64,000 nt of DNA, from positions 10,952 through 74,951 of the forward strand of contig DASXVQ010000049.1 in assembly GCA_036504155.1 (NCBI GenBank). Direction: 5' to 3'. The DNA is from Myxococcales bacterium (GTDB lineage Bacteria; Myxococcota; Myxococcia; Myxococcales; UBA5297). The translations under genes were made by a program, and so were the position numbers. Below the pieces are notes generated by a model. The model ran no database searches and was not told where the DNA came from. It worked only from the letters and a program-made list of their open reading frames with translations. Shown one piece after another: positions 18,649-32,600 of the stretch. How positions within the stretch are numbered: the stretch's first letter is position 1; every line of letters starts with the position of its first letter.

Positions 18649-19260
18649 CTACGCCAGCATGCCCCGGAAGTAGACCTCGATGGCCGTGTCCACGGAGGCC
18701 TCCAGGTCGAACGAGGCCTCCGCGGTCGTCCAGCGCAGGAGCAGCTCCTTCACCGCCCCCACGATGCAGACCGACAGCGCCACGGGCTCCAGGCTGCGGA
18801 CCACCCGGCCGCTCTGCTGGGCCTGGGCGATGTAGCGGGCGGAGACCTGGACGACCTTCTCGAAGAACTCGCTCACGCGCTCCTGGGTCTCGGTCCCCAG
18901 GGATTCCCGCAACATCACCTTCACGAAGCACTTCACCTCCGGCTCGCGCGCGAGCGCCCGGACCGAGTCGCGGTAGAGCTGCCGCAGCTCCTCGCCCGGC
19001 AGGTCCATCGAGATGTCCAGGGTCTCGATGACCGCGTCCAGCTGGCGCAGGTAGGTCTCGACGATCATCTTCAGGAGATCGCCCTTGCCGGTGAAGTGCA
19101 GGTAGAAGGTCCCGCGCGCCGCGCCCGCGGCCTCGATGATGTCGTTGATGGAGGTCGCGGCGAAGCCCTTCTCGGCGAACAGCTTCAGCGCGGCGGCCAT
19201 GATCTCGCCCTGACGCTTGAGGCCGTCCTTGCGCTTCACCCTGGGGGCGGTCGCTTCCAT
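18649..19260 (-). CDS. TetR-family transcriptional regulator
   Basis: ATG at 19258-19260. The N-terminal HTH is LKLFAEKGFAATSINDIIEAAGAARGTFYLHF. It is 203 aa. The ORF-track 1277-aa ORF is this frame running antisense through the GRE gene. Confidence 0.85.
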   Translation of the reverse strand: MEATAPRVKRKDGLKRQGEIMAAALKLFAEKGFAATSINDIIEAAGAARGTFYLHFTGKGDLLKMIVETYLRQLDAVIETLDISMDLPGEELRQLYRDSVRALAREPEVKCFVKVMLRESLGTETQERVSEFFEKVVQVSARYIAQAQQSGRVVRSLEPVALSVCIVGAVKELLLRWTTAEASFDLEASVDTAIEVYFRGMLA

Positions 19261-19295
19261 TTCTCTCCTGGGGCTAGGGCCTGCGCCCGGCGCCC

Positions 19296-22200
19296 CTACG
19301 CATAGCAAGTCCGGTTGATGATGACCTTCTTCAGGTCGTCGGAGAGGTCGTTGAAGTAGGCGCAGTAGCCCGCGATCCGGACCAGGAGGTAGGGGTGCTT
19401 CTCCGGGTGGGCGTACGCCTCCAGGAGGATCTCCCGGCTGATCACGTTGGGCTGGAACTGCATGCCGCCCTGGTCGAAGTAGGTCTTCACGATGCCGGCG
19501 AGGTTCTTCACCCCCTCGGGCCCGTCGAAGAGCGCGGAGTCGATGGTGAAGGTGACGGTGGTGCCGTTGGGCGCGTACCGCCGGAAGTCGACCCCGACCT
19601 CGGAGTTCAGGGCGGAGAGCAGGTCGGCCTGCTTCATCCCGTAGTGCGGAGTGAGGCTGTTGGCCAGCGGGACGCCGCGCAGCCTCCCCGACGGCAGGGC
19701 CGGCGTCTTCAGGCCGTAGACGATGTTGACGTTCAGGGCGTAGTAGCCGGCGGCGTAGATGCCGTCGCGCGGGCAGTTCGGGACCGACCGCAGGGCGTCG
19801 ACGTAGATCTGCAGCGTCCGGTTCATCCACTCCTGGGGCCTGCGCGAGGTGTCGTCGCCGAACTTCGGCACCGCCAGCAGCGCCGTGCGGATCTCCTGGT
19901 TGCGCGCCCCGACGAAGTCGGCGTCCAGCGCCGCGAGGACCTCCTCCAGGCGGTAGAGCCGCTGCCGGAAGACGACCTCCTCGAGCGCGTGGAGCGAGTC
20001 CGCGACGTCGGTGATCCCCACGGCCTGGATGCCGCTGCTGTTGAGCCGCGCGCCGCCGTCGTAGGCGTCCCTGCCGCGCTCGACGCATCCCTTGAAGAGC
20101 GAGGAGGCCAGCGGCGTGGTGAAGCCCTCGCGCAGCGCCTTCTCGATCCGCTGGTGGTCGGCGAGCACCGAGCCCGCGAGCCGGTTCAGGCGCGCCTGGA
20201 AGCGCTCGAGCAGCTCCTCCATCGTCGCCGGCGGGCCAAGGGCCAGCGGCCGCTGCCGCCGCTCGTGCAGCTCGACGGCCTTCCTCGACGCCGCGGACGC
20301 GAGCCGCGCGAGGCGCCCGTCGCCGCGGCAGGAGTGCTCCACGAACCGCGTCTGCAGCTTGAGCAGCTGGTCGGCGAGGCCGAAGCTCCACAGGTCGCTC
20401 TCGTCGCCCCGGAGCGCCTGCAGGAACGGCAGCGCCACGTTCATGTTGGCGCAGTCGGTGTTGCCGAAGTGGTCGTCGGACGCGTTGGGCTCCACGCAGC
20501 CGACGATGGCGTAGTTCCGGGCGTCCTCGACGGTCGTGGCGTAGTGGCGCTGCAGCGTGTCCACGTAGACGTGATCGTTGTACAGGGCCGGCATCGGGGC
20601 GCCGGTGAGGTACACCTCGGCCAGGCGCTCGAGATACTCCGGCGGGCTGTCCCGGTGGACCCGCGCCGTCATGTTCACGGCCAGGGGCTGCAGCTCGCAG
20701 ATGTCGAGGAGCATGTAGGTGACGTCGTTGGTGGCGTCCTTGCCGTCCCTGCCCATGCCCCCCGCCGTGACGGTCTGGTCGGTGGACTGGGTCTCGAAGA
20801 GCCGGCCGATCCGCAGGAAGCTGTCGCCGTCGCTGAGCAGGATGGCCTCGTCCATCTTGAGGACGAAGAGCGCCAGCAGCTCCTTCGCCGCCTCGAAGTC
20901 GAGCAGACCCGCCGCCCGGTCGCGGGCGAAGTACGGGTAGAGGATCTGGTCGAGCCGCCCCAGCGACACCGCGTTCTCGTACGACTCGAGGCACAGCGCG
21001 ATCTGCAGGAAGAGCATGCTCTGCAGCGCTTCGCGGTAGGTGCGCGCGGGGAGCCTGGGCACGCGGGCGCACGCCGCGGCGCCCTCCTCCAGCTCCCGCC
21101 GGCGGGCGGGGTCGCGCTCGCCCGTCGCCAGGCGCGCCAGGTGGTCCGAGTACCGCTGGGCGAAGGCCTCCAGCCCCTCCAGGGCGATGAGCGCGCCGCG
21201 GTAGAAGTCCTGGTCGTTCTCGGGATTCTCCCGCTGCGCCCGGCGGATCTCCTCGGCGATGCCGGTGGTGCCCAGCGTCAGGATGCGCTCGAAGTTGACG
21301 ACGAAGTGCGCGATCGCCGCCAGGTTGTTGTTGAACCCGGCCCGCATCTCCGCGCAGCGGGCCAAGGTCTGCAGCAGGCCCTTCAGCGTCGGGTTCACCT
21401 TGGTGAGCAGGCCATGCCGCGCCCAGAACGGGAAGATCTCCGTGTAGAAGGCGAGGCGGTCCTTCCAGGAGCACTGGAAGGACACCGGCGCCAGGCGCTC
21501 CGTCTTGTGGAGCAGCAGGATCAGCAGCGCGCCGAAGTGCTCCTCCCAGACCTGGGCGCCGACGCGCTGCGCGGTGAAGTTGCCGAAGAGCAGCTCCTGC
21601 GGATGGATGGCGATCTGCTTGTGCTCCAGCACGTAGGCCAGCCGCCGCGCGCGGTGGATGGGGGTCGGCTGCCCGAAGCCGTGCTTGCGGTAGAAGCGCG
21701 TCTTGAGCTTCGAGGACTCGAGGCACAGGTGGTAGTCGCTCTGCCGGATGGCGTCCCGGATGGCGTGGACGCGCGGGCTGAAGGACGCGCGGCGGCGCGG
21801 CCCGCCCAGCGCGGTGCAGTGCGCCGCGATGCCCTGGGCCCGGAACCTCGCCACCGCAACATTCACCGCCTCCTGGCTCTGGGCCGGAGTGACGAGGCCC
21901 AGCGAGGCCCGCTCGATCGAGAGCCGCCGCGCCTTGTCCACGTGCAGGTCGTGGTACTCGAGCAGCTCGATCGACTCGAAGCCTAGCGAGCGCAGCAGCT
22001 CGGCCGTCGCGCGCACGCCCTGCTCGGAGTCGTTGAGCCCCGGGACGACCACCGTGCGGAACCGCAGGTTCGCCTTCAGCTCCACCAGCCGCCGCAGGTT
22101 GCTGGCCACCAGCGTGCCGCTCTGCCCGGTGAGCCTGCGGTGGAGCACGTCGTCGCCGACGACCTTCAGGTCCACCAGGAAGAGGTCCACCAGCGGCGCG

Positions 22201-22625
22201 ACCCGGGCGACGGTCCGCGCCGGCGCGTGCAGGGACGTCTCGACCGCGACGTGGAGGCCGCGGTCCTTGAGCGCCGTCAGCAGGCGCACCAGGCTCTCTT
22301 CGCCCTGCACGAGCGGGTCGCCGCCGCTGAGCGTGACCCCGCCGCCGGTGGACCGGTAGTACTCGCGGTCCCGCCCGACGACCTCGAGGATCTCCTCGAG
22401 CGAGGGACCCTTCTCCGCCGGCGTGCCCGGGTCGGCCTGGAGCGCCTCGGGGTTCTGGCACCAGAGGCACCTCAGGTTGCACCCGCGGAAGAAGATCGTG
22501 GTGCGGACGCCGGGACCGTCGTGCACGCAGGTGCGCTGGATCTTGAGGACGTCGAGCCCGCTGGCGCTCTCGTCCTGCGAGGTTCCACCCGCGAGAACAG
22601 AGAGATGCGCTTGCGTGGTCTGCAT
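19296..22625 (-). CDS. fused glycyl-radical-enzyme activase (radical SAM) + glycyl radical enzyme (PFL2/glycerol-dehydratase/CutC-like family), single 1109-aa polypeptide
   Basis: The N-terminal ~280 aa carry the C-x3-C-x2-C motif (GCNLRCLWCQNPE) and the GGDPL motif of GRE activases. They are followed directly by a full GRE body: a PFL2-type N-terminus (RVHAIRDAI...LCLESSKLKTRFYRKHGFGQPTPIHRARRLA), the single-Cys/Glu active site AIVGCVEPN, and the glycine radical motif RIAGYCAYF near the C-terminus. There is no stop between the domains. Confidence 0.85.
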   Translation of the reverse strand: MQTTQAHLSVLAGGTSQDESASGLDVLKIQRTCVHDGPGVRTTIFFRGCNLRCLWCQNPEALQADPGTPAEKGPSLEEILEVVGRDREYYRSTGGGVTLSGGDPLVQGEESLVRLLTALKDRGLHVAVETSLHAPARTVARVAPLVDLFLVDLKVVGDDVLHRRLTGQSGTLVASNLRRLVELKANLRFRTVVVPGLNDSEQGVRATAELLRSLGFESIELLEYHDLHVDKARRLSIERASLGLVTPAQSQEAVNVAVARFRAQGIAAHCTALGGPRRRASFSPRVHAIRDAIRQSDYHLCLESSKLKTRFYRKHGFGQPTPIHRARRLAYVLEHKQIAIHPQELLFGNFTAQRVGAQVWEEHFGALLILLLHKTERLAPVSFQCSWKDRLAFYTEIFPFWARHGLLTKVNPTLKGLLQTLARCAEMRAGFNNNLAAIAHFVVNFERILTLGTTGIAEEIRRAQRENPENDQDFYRGALIALEGLEAFAQRYSDHLARLATGERDPARRRELEEGAAACARVPRLPARTYREALQSMLFLQIALCLESYENAVSLGRLDQILYPYFARDRAAGLLDFEAAKELLALFVLKMDEAILLSDGDSFLRIGRLFETQSTDQTVTAGGMGRDGKDATNDVTYMLLDICELQPLAVNMTARVHRDSPPEYLERLAEVYLTGAPMPALYNDHVYVDTLQRHYATTVEDARNYAIVGCVEPNASDDHFGNTDCANMNVALPFLQALRGDESDLWSFGLADQLLKLQTRFVEHSCRGDGRLARLASAASRKAVELHERRQRPLALGPPATMEELLERFQARLNRLAGSVLADHQRIEKALREGFTTPLASSLFKGCVERGRDAYDGGARLNSSGIQAVGITDVADSLHALEEVVFRQRLYRLEEVLAALDADFVGARNQEIRTALLAVPKFGDDTSRRPQEWMNRTLQIYVDALRSVPNCPRDGIYAAGYYALNVNIVYGLKTPALPSGRLRGVPLANSLTPHYGMKQADLLSALNSEVGVDFRRYAPNGTTVTFTIDSALFDGPEGVKNLAGIVKTYFDQGGMQFQPNVISREILLEAYAHPEKHPYLLVRIAGYCAYFNDLSDDLKKVIINRTCYA

Positions 22626-22776
22626 GGCTTGCTCCCAGGTCGCCGGCCTAACATGGACTCGCAGTCCATGTTAGCACGGGCTCGGAAGCTAGCGGCGGCC
22701 TGGCCCTGCTCGCCGAGGAGTGTGGCAGGCTTCTCGCTCCGCTCTTGACCGGCTCTGGCTCCTGGGAGGACACGCC

Positions 22777-25092
22777 ATGCGGTTCCTGCTGCGCTTGCTC
22801 GGGTCGCGCCTGCCGCGCACCGAGGGACGGCTGGGCGCGCCCGTGCGCTCCGAAGTGGCGATCCGCCGGGACCGCCACGGCATCGTCTACGTCGAGGCGC
22901 GAGACGACGACGACGCGTTCTTCGGCCTGGGCTTCGCCGAGGCGCAGGACCGCGCCTTCCAGCTCGAGCTCTTCGTGCGGGCCGCCCGCGGAACGCTCTC
23001 CGAGCTGGTGGGCGCCGAGATGCTCGACGCCGACCGCCTCGCCCGCCGCCTGGGCTTCCTGCGCAACGCCCGCGCCCAGGTGGGCAGGCTGCCCGCCGCC
23101 GCGCGGGCCCAGCTCGAGGCCTTCGCCCGCGGCGTGAACTTCGCCGTGCGCCAGGGGCCGCGGACCCACGAGTCGGTGCTGCTGGGCGCGCCGCCCTTCG
23201 TCCTCGAGCCCGCCGACTCGCTGGCGGTGGTGCAGTTCATCGCCTTCGCGCTGTGCTCCAACTGGGACGCGGAGCTGGCGCGCCTGCGCGTGCTGCTCGC
23301 CGACGGCCCGGAGGCCCTGATCGCGATCGAGGCGGCCGACCCTGCGCTGCTCGCCACCGAAGAGGGCTCGCGCCTGGAGCGGGACGCCCGCCTGCTGCAG
23401 GCTGCCGACGCGCTGGCGTCCGAAGCGGGGCAGCTGCTGCGCGTCGGCCCGTCCGCGGGCGCTTCCAACAACTGGGTGCTCGCGCCGTCGCGCACCACCA
23501 CCGGCCGTCCCCTGCTCGCCTGCGACCCGCACCTGTCGCCGATGCTGCCCGCCTACTGGTACCTCGCCCACGTGCGGACCCCGGAGTGGGCGATGAGCGG
23601 CGCCTTCTTCCCCGGGCAGCCGGTGGCGAGCTTCGGGCACAACGAGACGGTGGCCTGGGGCTTCACCGCAGGCCACCACGACAACACCGATCTCTTCGTC
23701 GAGCGCCTGTCCGACGACGGCACGAAGGCCTTCCGGGAGGGCCGGTGGGAGGGCTGCGAGGTGCGCGACGAGGTCATCCGGGTGCGCGGCAGGCCGGACG
23801 TGCACGAGCGGGTGGTCGTCACGGCGCGCGGGCCCATCGTCACCCCCTGCCTATCGACCGGGGGACCGGCCCTCTCGATGCGGGCGACGTGGATGGCGCC
23901 CCGCCCGTTCACCTCCTACCAGCTCTTCCGCGCCGCCACGGTGGCCGAGGCCAGGGAGTTCTTCCGCTCCTACCCGGGAGACTCCGAGAACCGGCTCTTC
24001 GCGGACGTGAACGGGACCATCGCCTGGCAGCTGGTCGGCGACGCGCCGGTGCGCCGCGGCGGCCACGGCCTGGTGCCGATGCCCGCCTGGCACGGCGACG
24101 CAGGTTGGGAGAGCGAGCCCCTGCCTTTCGAGTCGATGCCGGGAGTCACCGACCCGCCCGAGGGCTTCCTGGCCACCGCCAACCAGGCACCGGCGGCCCC
24201 GACGCCTTCGTTCCTCGGCGCGGACTGGCTCGACGGCGGCCGCCACGCCCGCGTCGTCGAGCTGCTCGCGACGAAGGAGAAGTGGGACCTCGAGTCGGCG
24301 ATGCGGATGCAGCTCGACCGCACGACCGTGTACTGGAAGGCGCTGCGCGAGAAGGTGCTCTCGGCGGTTCGCGGATCCGCCGCCACGCAAGCCGTCGCGC
24401 TGCTCGAAGCCTGGGACGGCGCGGTGGACCCGGGCTCGACCGCGGCCTCGGTCTACGAGCTGTGGTTCGCGGAGCTGATGTGCCGCGTCTGCCGGGCCAA
24501 GGCTCCCCGGGCCTGGCGCGCCGCCCTGGGCGAGGGCCTCAACGCCCTGTTGCCCCACGGGATGATGGGGCTGAGGCGCTCGGCCCAACTGGTGCGGCTC
24601 GTCCAGTCGCAGCCCGACGGCTGGTTCGACGGCGGCTGGCCCGCCGAGATCCGCGCCAGCCTCGACGCCGCGGTCGCGCGGCTCGAGCGGGCCGCCGGGC
24701 GCGACCCGAAGCGGTGGGCCTGGGGAAAGGTCCGGCCGCTGGTGCTGACGCACCCGGTGGGCACCAAGCCGGTGCTCGGCAGCCTCTTCAACCTGGGCCC
24801 CATCGCCTTCGGAGGCGACGGGAGCACCATCCCGCAGGCCTCGGTTCCCTTCGACGAGCCGCTGGCCAACCCCATCGGCGTGCCGAACCTGCGCATGGTC
24901 CTCGACGTCGGGAATTGGGAGGCGAGCCGCTGGGTGCTCGCCGGGGGCCAGTCCGGCAACCCGCTCTCGGCGCACTACGGCGACCTTTTGCCGATCTGGG
25001 AGCGCGGCGAGGGCGTGCCGATCGCGTGGTCGAAGGAGTCGGTCGCCGAGGCTGCGCGCGAGCAACTGACCCTGGCACCGACCCGCGGCTGA
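22777..25092 (+). CDS. penicillin-amidase (Ntn-hydrolase S45) family acylase, possibly an acyl-homoserine-lactone acylase
   Basis: It has the N-terminal YVEARDDDDAFFGLGFAEAQDRAFQLE motif, the nucleophile motif GASNNWV, and a ~770-aa length typical of the PvdQ/QuiP/penicillin G acylase family. ATG at 22777. Confidence 0.85.
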   Translation: MRFLLRLLGSRLPRTEGRLGAPVRSEVAIRRDRHGIVYVEARDDDDAFFGLGFAEAQDRAFQLELFVRAARGTLSELVGAEMLDADRLARRLGFLRNARAQVGRLPAAARAQLEAFARGVNFAVRQGPRTHESVLLGAPPFVLEPADSLAVVQFIAFALCSNWDAELARLRVLLADGPEALIAIEAADPALLATEEGSRLERDARLLQAADALASEAGQLLRVGPSAGASNNWVLAPSRTTTGRPLLACDPHLSPMLPAYWYLAHVRTPEWAMSGAFFPGQPVASFGHNETVAWGFTAGHHDNTDLFVERLSDDGTKAFREGRWEGCEVRDEVIRVRGRPDVHERVVVTARGPIVTPCLSTGGPALSMRATWMAPRPFTSYQLFRAATVAEAREFFRSYPGDSENRLFADVNGTIAWQLVGDAPVRRGGHGLVPMPAWHGDAGWESEPLPFESMPGVTDPPEGFLATANQAPAAPTPSFLGADWLDGGRHARVVELLATKEKWDLESAMRMQLDRTTVYWKALREKVLSAVRGSAATQAVALLEAWDGAVDPGSTAASVYELWFAELMCRVCRAKAPRAWRAALGEGLNALLPHGMMGLRRSAQLVRLVQSQPDGWFDGGWPAEIRASLDAAVARLERAAGRDPKRWAWGKVRPLVLTHPVGTKPVLGSLFNLGPIAFGGDGSTIPQASVPFDEPLANPIGVPNLRMVLDVGNWEASRWVLAGGQSGNPLSAHYGDLLPIWERGEGVPIAWSKESVAEAAREQLTLAPTRG

Positions 25093-25164
25093 GCTGGTCC
25101 CCGAATGGCGCTCATTCTCCCGGCGGCTTGTCGATGACAAGCCAAACCTCGGTGGCTCGGAGCG

Positions 25165-25282
25165 CCTCGACCAGCGCGCCAAGGTGCTCGGCGCCGCGCG
25201 CAGTCCGGCTCCTCCCCGACGACCTCCTTCCCGGCGATCGGTGGCGGCGCGGCCGCCCGGAGGGTTGGACACGAGGTCACCG
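25165..25282 (+). pseudogene. remnant copy of the 3' end of the sigma-54 activator gene (~95% identical to 14524-14622, then matching 14862-14886) in the intergenic region upstream of mfd
   Basis: Direct alignment by eye: cctcgaccagcgcgccaaggtgctcggcgcc...cggctcctccccgac..cctccttcccggcg in both. It is not part of a long ORF. Confidence 0.65.
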
Positions 25283-25471
25283 GGGGCTTCCCACCGCCCG
25301 GGGCCTCGACTTCTTCGTCCTCACGTCGTTGTTCCGCTTCCCGATCGACTACTCGTTTGGACGCTCGGTTTCCGAGCGGCTAGCTTGCGTCTGCCTGGCC
25401 GCTTGGCCCCCTTCCTGGATTGCGGCCTTGACGCGGGAATGAACCGGGGCCATCAACTCGGTTCCTGGTAG

Positions 25472-29200
<3,729 letters not shown>

Positions 29201-29674
29201 GCGACTCCGACTTCGACGGCCTCGCCCCCCGACTGACGACTCGCGTGTCCTCTGCGCTCTTCACCCTCCGTCCGACTGGCGCGCCTGGCGGCTGCGCCTC
29301 GGAGTCGTCTATCCTCACTGCCACTTCGAGGGGCGGACAGGCATCGGGCCTCGCTGGCTGACCTCGGCGATGGGACTCCTCGGCCGCTTCGGCTTCCAAA
29401 GACCGCCGTGGATTACGGCTTCGTTCCTCCTAGGCGCCACCACCAGCTTGCCGGGGCTGACCGAGGTGAGGGACCTGTCGGTGCAGTGGACCGGGAGCAG
29501 CGCGACCGACCCGCTGGGCGTCTTCCTCTCGGCCTGGGACTCGGGGCGGTGGCGCGCGCTCACGAGCCCCGCCAACGATCCGATCACCTGGGCGACGGCG
29601 GACAAGACCGAGCTCCGGCGGCCGCAGGCGAAGCGCCTGCGGCCACTGGGCCCACGGCGGCGCGGAGCCGGTCG

Positions 29675-32600
29675 TCAGGGCAGCAGCGTGCCGTTCCACG
29701 GGCTCGCCGCGGCGTCCACGCTCACCGTGCTCGTCAGCGTCGTGAACCCGGCCTTCGTCGCGCTGATCGCGTACGGCCCGGCGTAGACGTTGTTGAGGAT
29801 GAAGTAGCCGTTGGTGTCGGTGGTCGCGGCCAGCCCGTACGGCTCCAGCTTCACCGCCGCGCCGCTCACCGCCGTCCCGCCGCCGTCCTTCACGTAGCCG
29901 AAGAAGCTCACCTTGGCGGGCGCCGTCGCGCCGACCTGCACCAGGAAGTGCGCCGCCTTCTGCGTCAGGTTGCCCTGCGTGTCCTCGGCGACGAGGTGGA
30001 AGTAGTACGCGAAGCCGCTGATGGCCTGGCCCCCGGCGTCCTGCGTGAGCGTGATCCCCGCGTTGGCGGTGCGCGTCCACTGCGCCTTGGCGTTGGCCGG
30101 CGAGGTGTCGCTGACGCGGTCGAGGCGGTACCAGAACGCCGGGAAACTAGCCGCGGTGGTGTTCGCGGGCGGCGTCCACGTCAGCGCGATGGCGGTGCCG
30201 GGGTACCAGGTGGTGGAGCTCGCGTGGCTCGAGGAGGCCACGGTGTGCGCCGTCTTGTTCACGTTGAAGAGGAAGCGGTTGGCCAGCGTGCCCACCGCCG
30301 CCGTGGCGTCCTGGCCGACGATGCTGAAGGCCGAGGCGCCGCCCGACAGGATGGTGGCCGCCGGGAAGCTGGCGGTCAGGCCCGTGCCGAAGGTGCTGTT
30401 GGTGGGAGTGACCGCGACGGTGCGGCTGCCGATGAGGCTCCAGTAGCCCTGCGCGCTGGCGAACGGCGCGAGCCAGGAGATCGACAGCTGGCTGAAGCCG
30501 TCGTTGTAGGAGAGCGCCGGGTCGGGGTGCGTCGACGAGGTGATCGAGAGCGGCGGCGTGACCGAGACGACCGCGGTGGTGCCGGTGACGGTCGCGGTGT
30601 TGGTGAGCTTGGTGCCGTAGGCGATCTTGACCCAGCCCTCTCCGCCCTTGCCGCCGTTGGCGGGGTAGGTCGAGAAGGGGCTGGGCGTGCCGCCAGTGCC
30701 GCCGAGGGCGCCCGCCGCGGAGAGGGTGCCGCTGAGCATGACGTCCGCAGAGGCGAGGACGATCGATCCGCCGGCGCCGCCGCCGCTGCCCGCGCCGTAG
30801 TTGCTGGCGTTGATGCCGGCCCCGCCGTCGGCCTTGAGCGCGCCGTAGACCACCAGCGTGCGCGCGGCGATGAGCTTGAGTGCCCCGCCGCCCTTGCCGC
30901 CGGCGCGGACGTAGGACGCGTTGCAGCTGCCGTTGTTGATGTCGACGTAGTTGCAGCCGCTGCCGCCAGAGCCGCCCAGGGGCGCGTCGAGGTCGAGCGA
31001 GCCCTGCGCCGAACCGCCGCTGGCGCCGGTGACGCTGTAGGTCACGCCGCAGACGCTGCCCAGGCAGCCGCCGTACTCGAAGCTCTTGTTGCAGCCCACG
31101 GTGGTCTTGGCGTTCTCGCCTGCGGTCTTGTTCCCGCCTCCGCCGGCGCCGGTGTAGGCGATCTCGGTCACGCAGACCGGGGCGTAGTAGTTGTAGCTCG
31201 CACCCGACGCATCGGTGGACACCGCGCTCAGGTCGATGCTGGAAGCCGGGTCGATCGAGATGTCGTCGGCGTACACGGTGAGCGCGCCCGTGGAGCAGGT
31301 GACCTTGGCGCCGCCCTGGATGATCAGCTTGCCCAGGTGCTGCTCGCCGCACAGCTCGCGGCTCGCGGAGATCGTCAGGTCCGGCAGCGTGATCGTCAGG
31401 CTGCAGGTGGCCTGGTTGGTGGCGCCCTTGTCGTCGGTGACGGTGAGGGTCGCGGTGAAGCTCCCGCGCGAGGCGTAGGCGTGCTGCACGCTGGTCGCCG
31501 CGCCGCTGGCGGGCGCCGTGCCGTCGCCGAAGTCGAAGGCGTAGAGGACGACGCTGCCGTCCGGGTCGCTGGACTGCGAGGCGTCGAGGGTGAGCGCGGC
31601 GCCCTGCGTGCCCGAGGCGGGGCAGGTCAGCTTCGCCACCGGCGGCTGGTTCACCGCCACGGTGATGGCCACGTCGCAGCTGGCCTGCGCGGTCGCGCCC
31701 AGGTCGTCGGTCACGGTGAGCGTGACGGTGAAGGTGCCGGCCGCGGCGAAGGCGTGCGTCGTCGACACGCCGCTGCCCTTCCCGCCGTCGCCGAAGTCGT
31801 ACGCGTAGCCGGCGACGGTGCCGTCGGGATCCGTGGAGGCCGAACCGCTGAAGGTGAGCGCCTGGCCGACGAACCCGCTCGAGGGGCAGGCCAGCGCGGC
31901 GTTGGGCGGAAGGTTGGCGGCGCCCGCGGGCTTGCCGGGCGTCGGCACCGCGGTGTGGAAGTCGGTGAGGTTGTCGTTGGTGTCGGTGCAGGCCGCGTCG
32001 CGCGTCAGGCTCTGGTCGTCGAGCGTGTCCGGGGCGGCCGTGCCCTCGCCGGCGAAGTGGTCGGTGGCGGTGAAGGTGCCGTAGCCGACCGCGTCGAGGA
32101 CCGTGGTTCCGTTACGCAGTTGGATGGAGTCCGGGCCGTTCTGGAAGTCGACCTTGGTGGAGGTCACGTCCGCCTGGCTGAGGATCGCCGTCTTGGCGTT
32201 GGGGTGCGCGATGACGAAGTAGCCATCGGCGGGGATGGTGCCGGTCAGGGCGATGGCGTTGTAGTCCGCGCCATCGGAGCCGTTGACGCCCACCAGCGTG
32301 TGGTTGGCCAGGCTCGCGCCCGCCGGGCCGTGCAGCTCGACGAAGACGTCGTAGTCGGTGCCGGTCGCCCGGTAGAGCACCTCGGAGATCTTGACCAGCG
32401 AGGGCGCGGAGACGGCGACGGTGCAGGTGGCGGTGCCGGTGGCGCCCTTGTCGTCGGTCACGGTCACCGTGGCGGTGTAGCTGCCGGCCGCCGAGAACGC
32501 GTGCTGCGCGGTCGCGCCGGCGCCCGCGGCCGAGGTCGCGCCGTCGCCGAAGGCGTAGGAGTAGCCGGCGAGGGTCCCGTCGGCGTCGGTCGACTGGCTG

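Noticed and set aside
18649-22482. 1277-aa minus ORF spanning TetR and GRE regions
   Set aside because: Only its C-terminal 203 codons (TetR) are real. Upstream it is an alternate frame overlapping the GRE CDS.
29370-29786. 138-aa plus ORF between mfd and the giant lipoprotein gene with decent GC3 bias
   Set aside because: It overlaps the 3' end of the convergent giant gene by ~110 nt and ends in Arg/Pro-rich read-through. There is no SD and no domain. It is possibly a small gene (29370-~29640), but the support is too weak to call.
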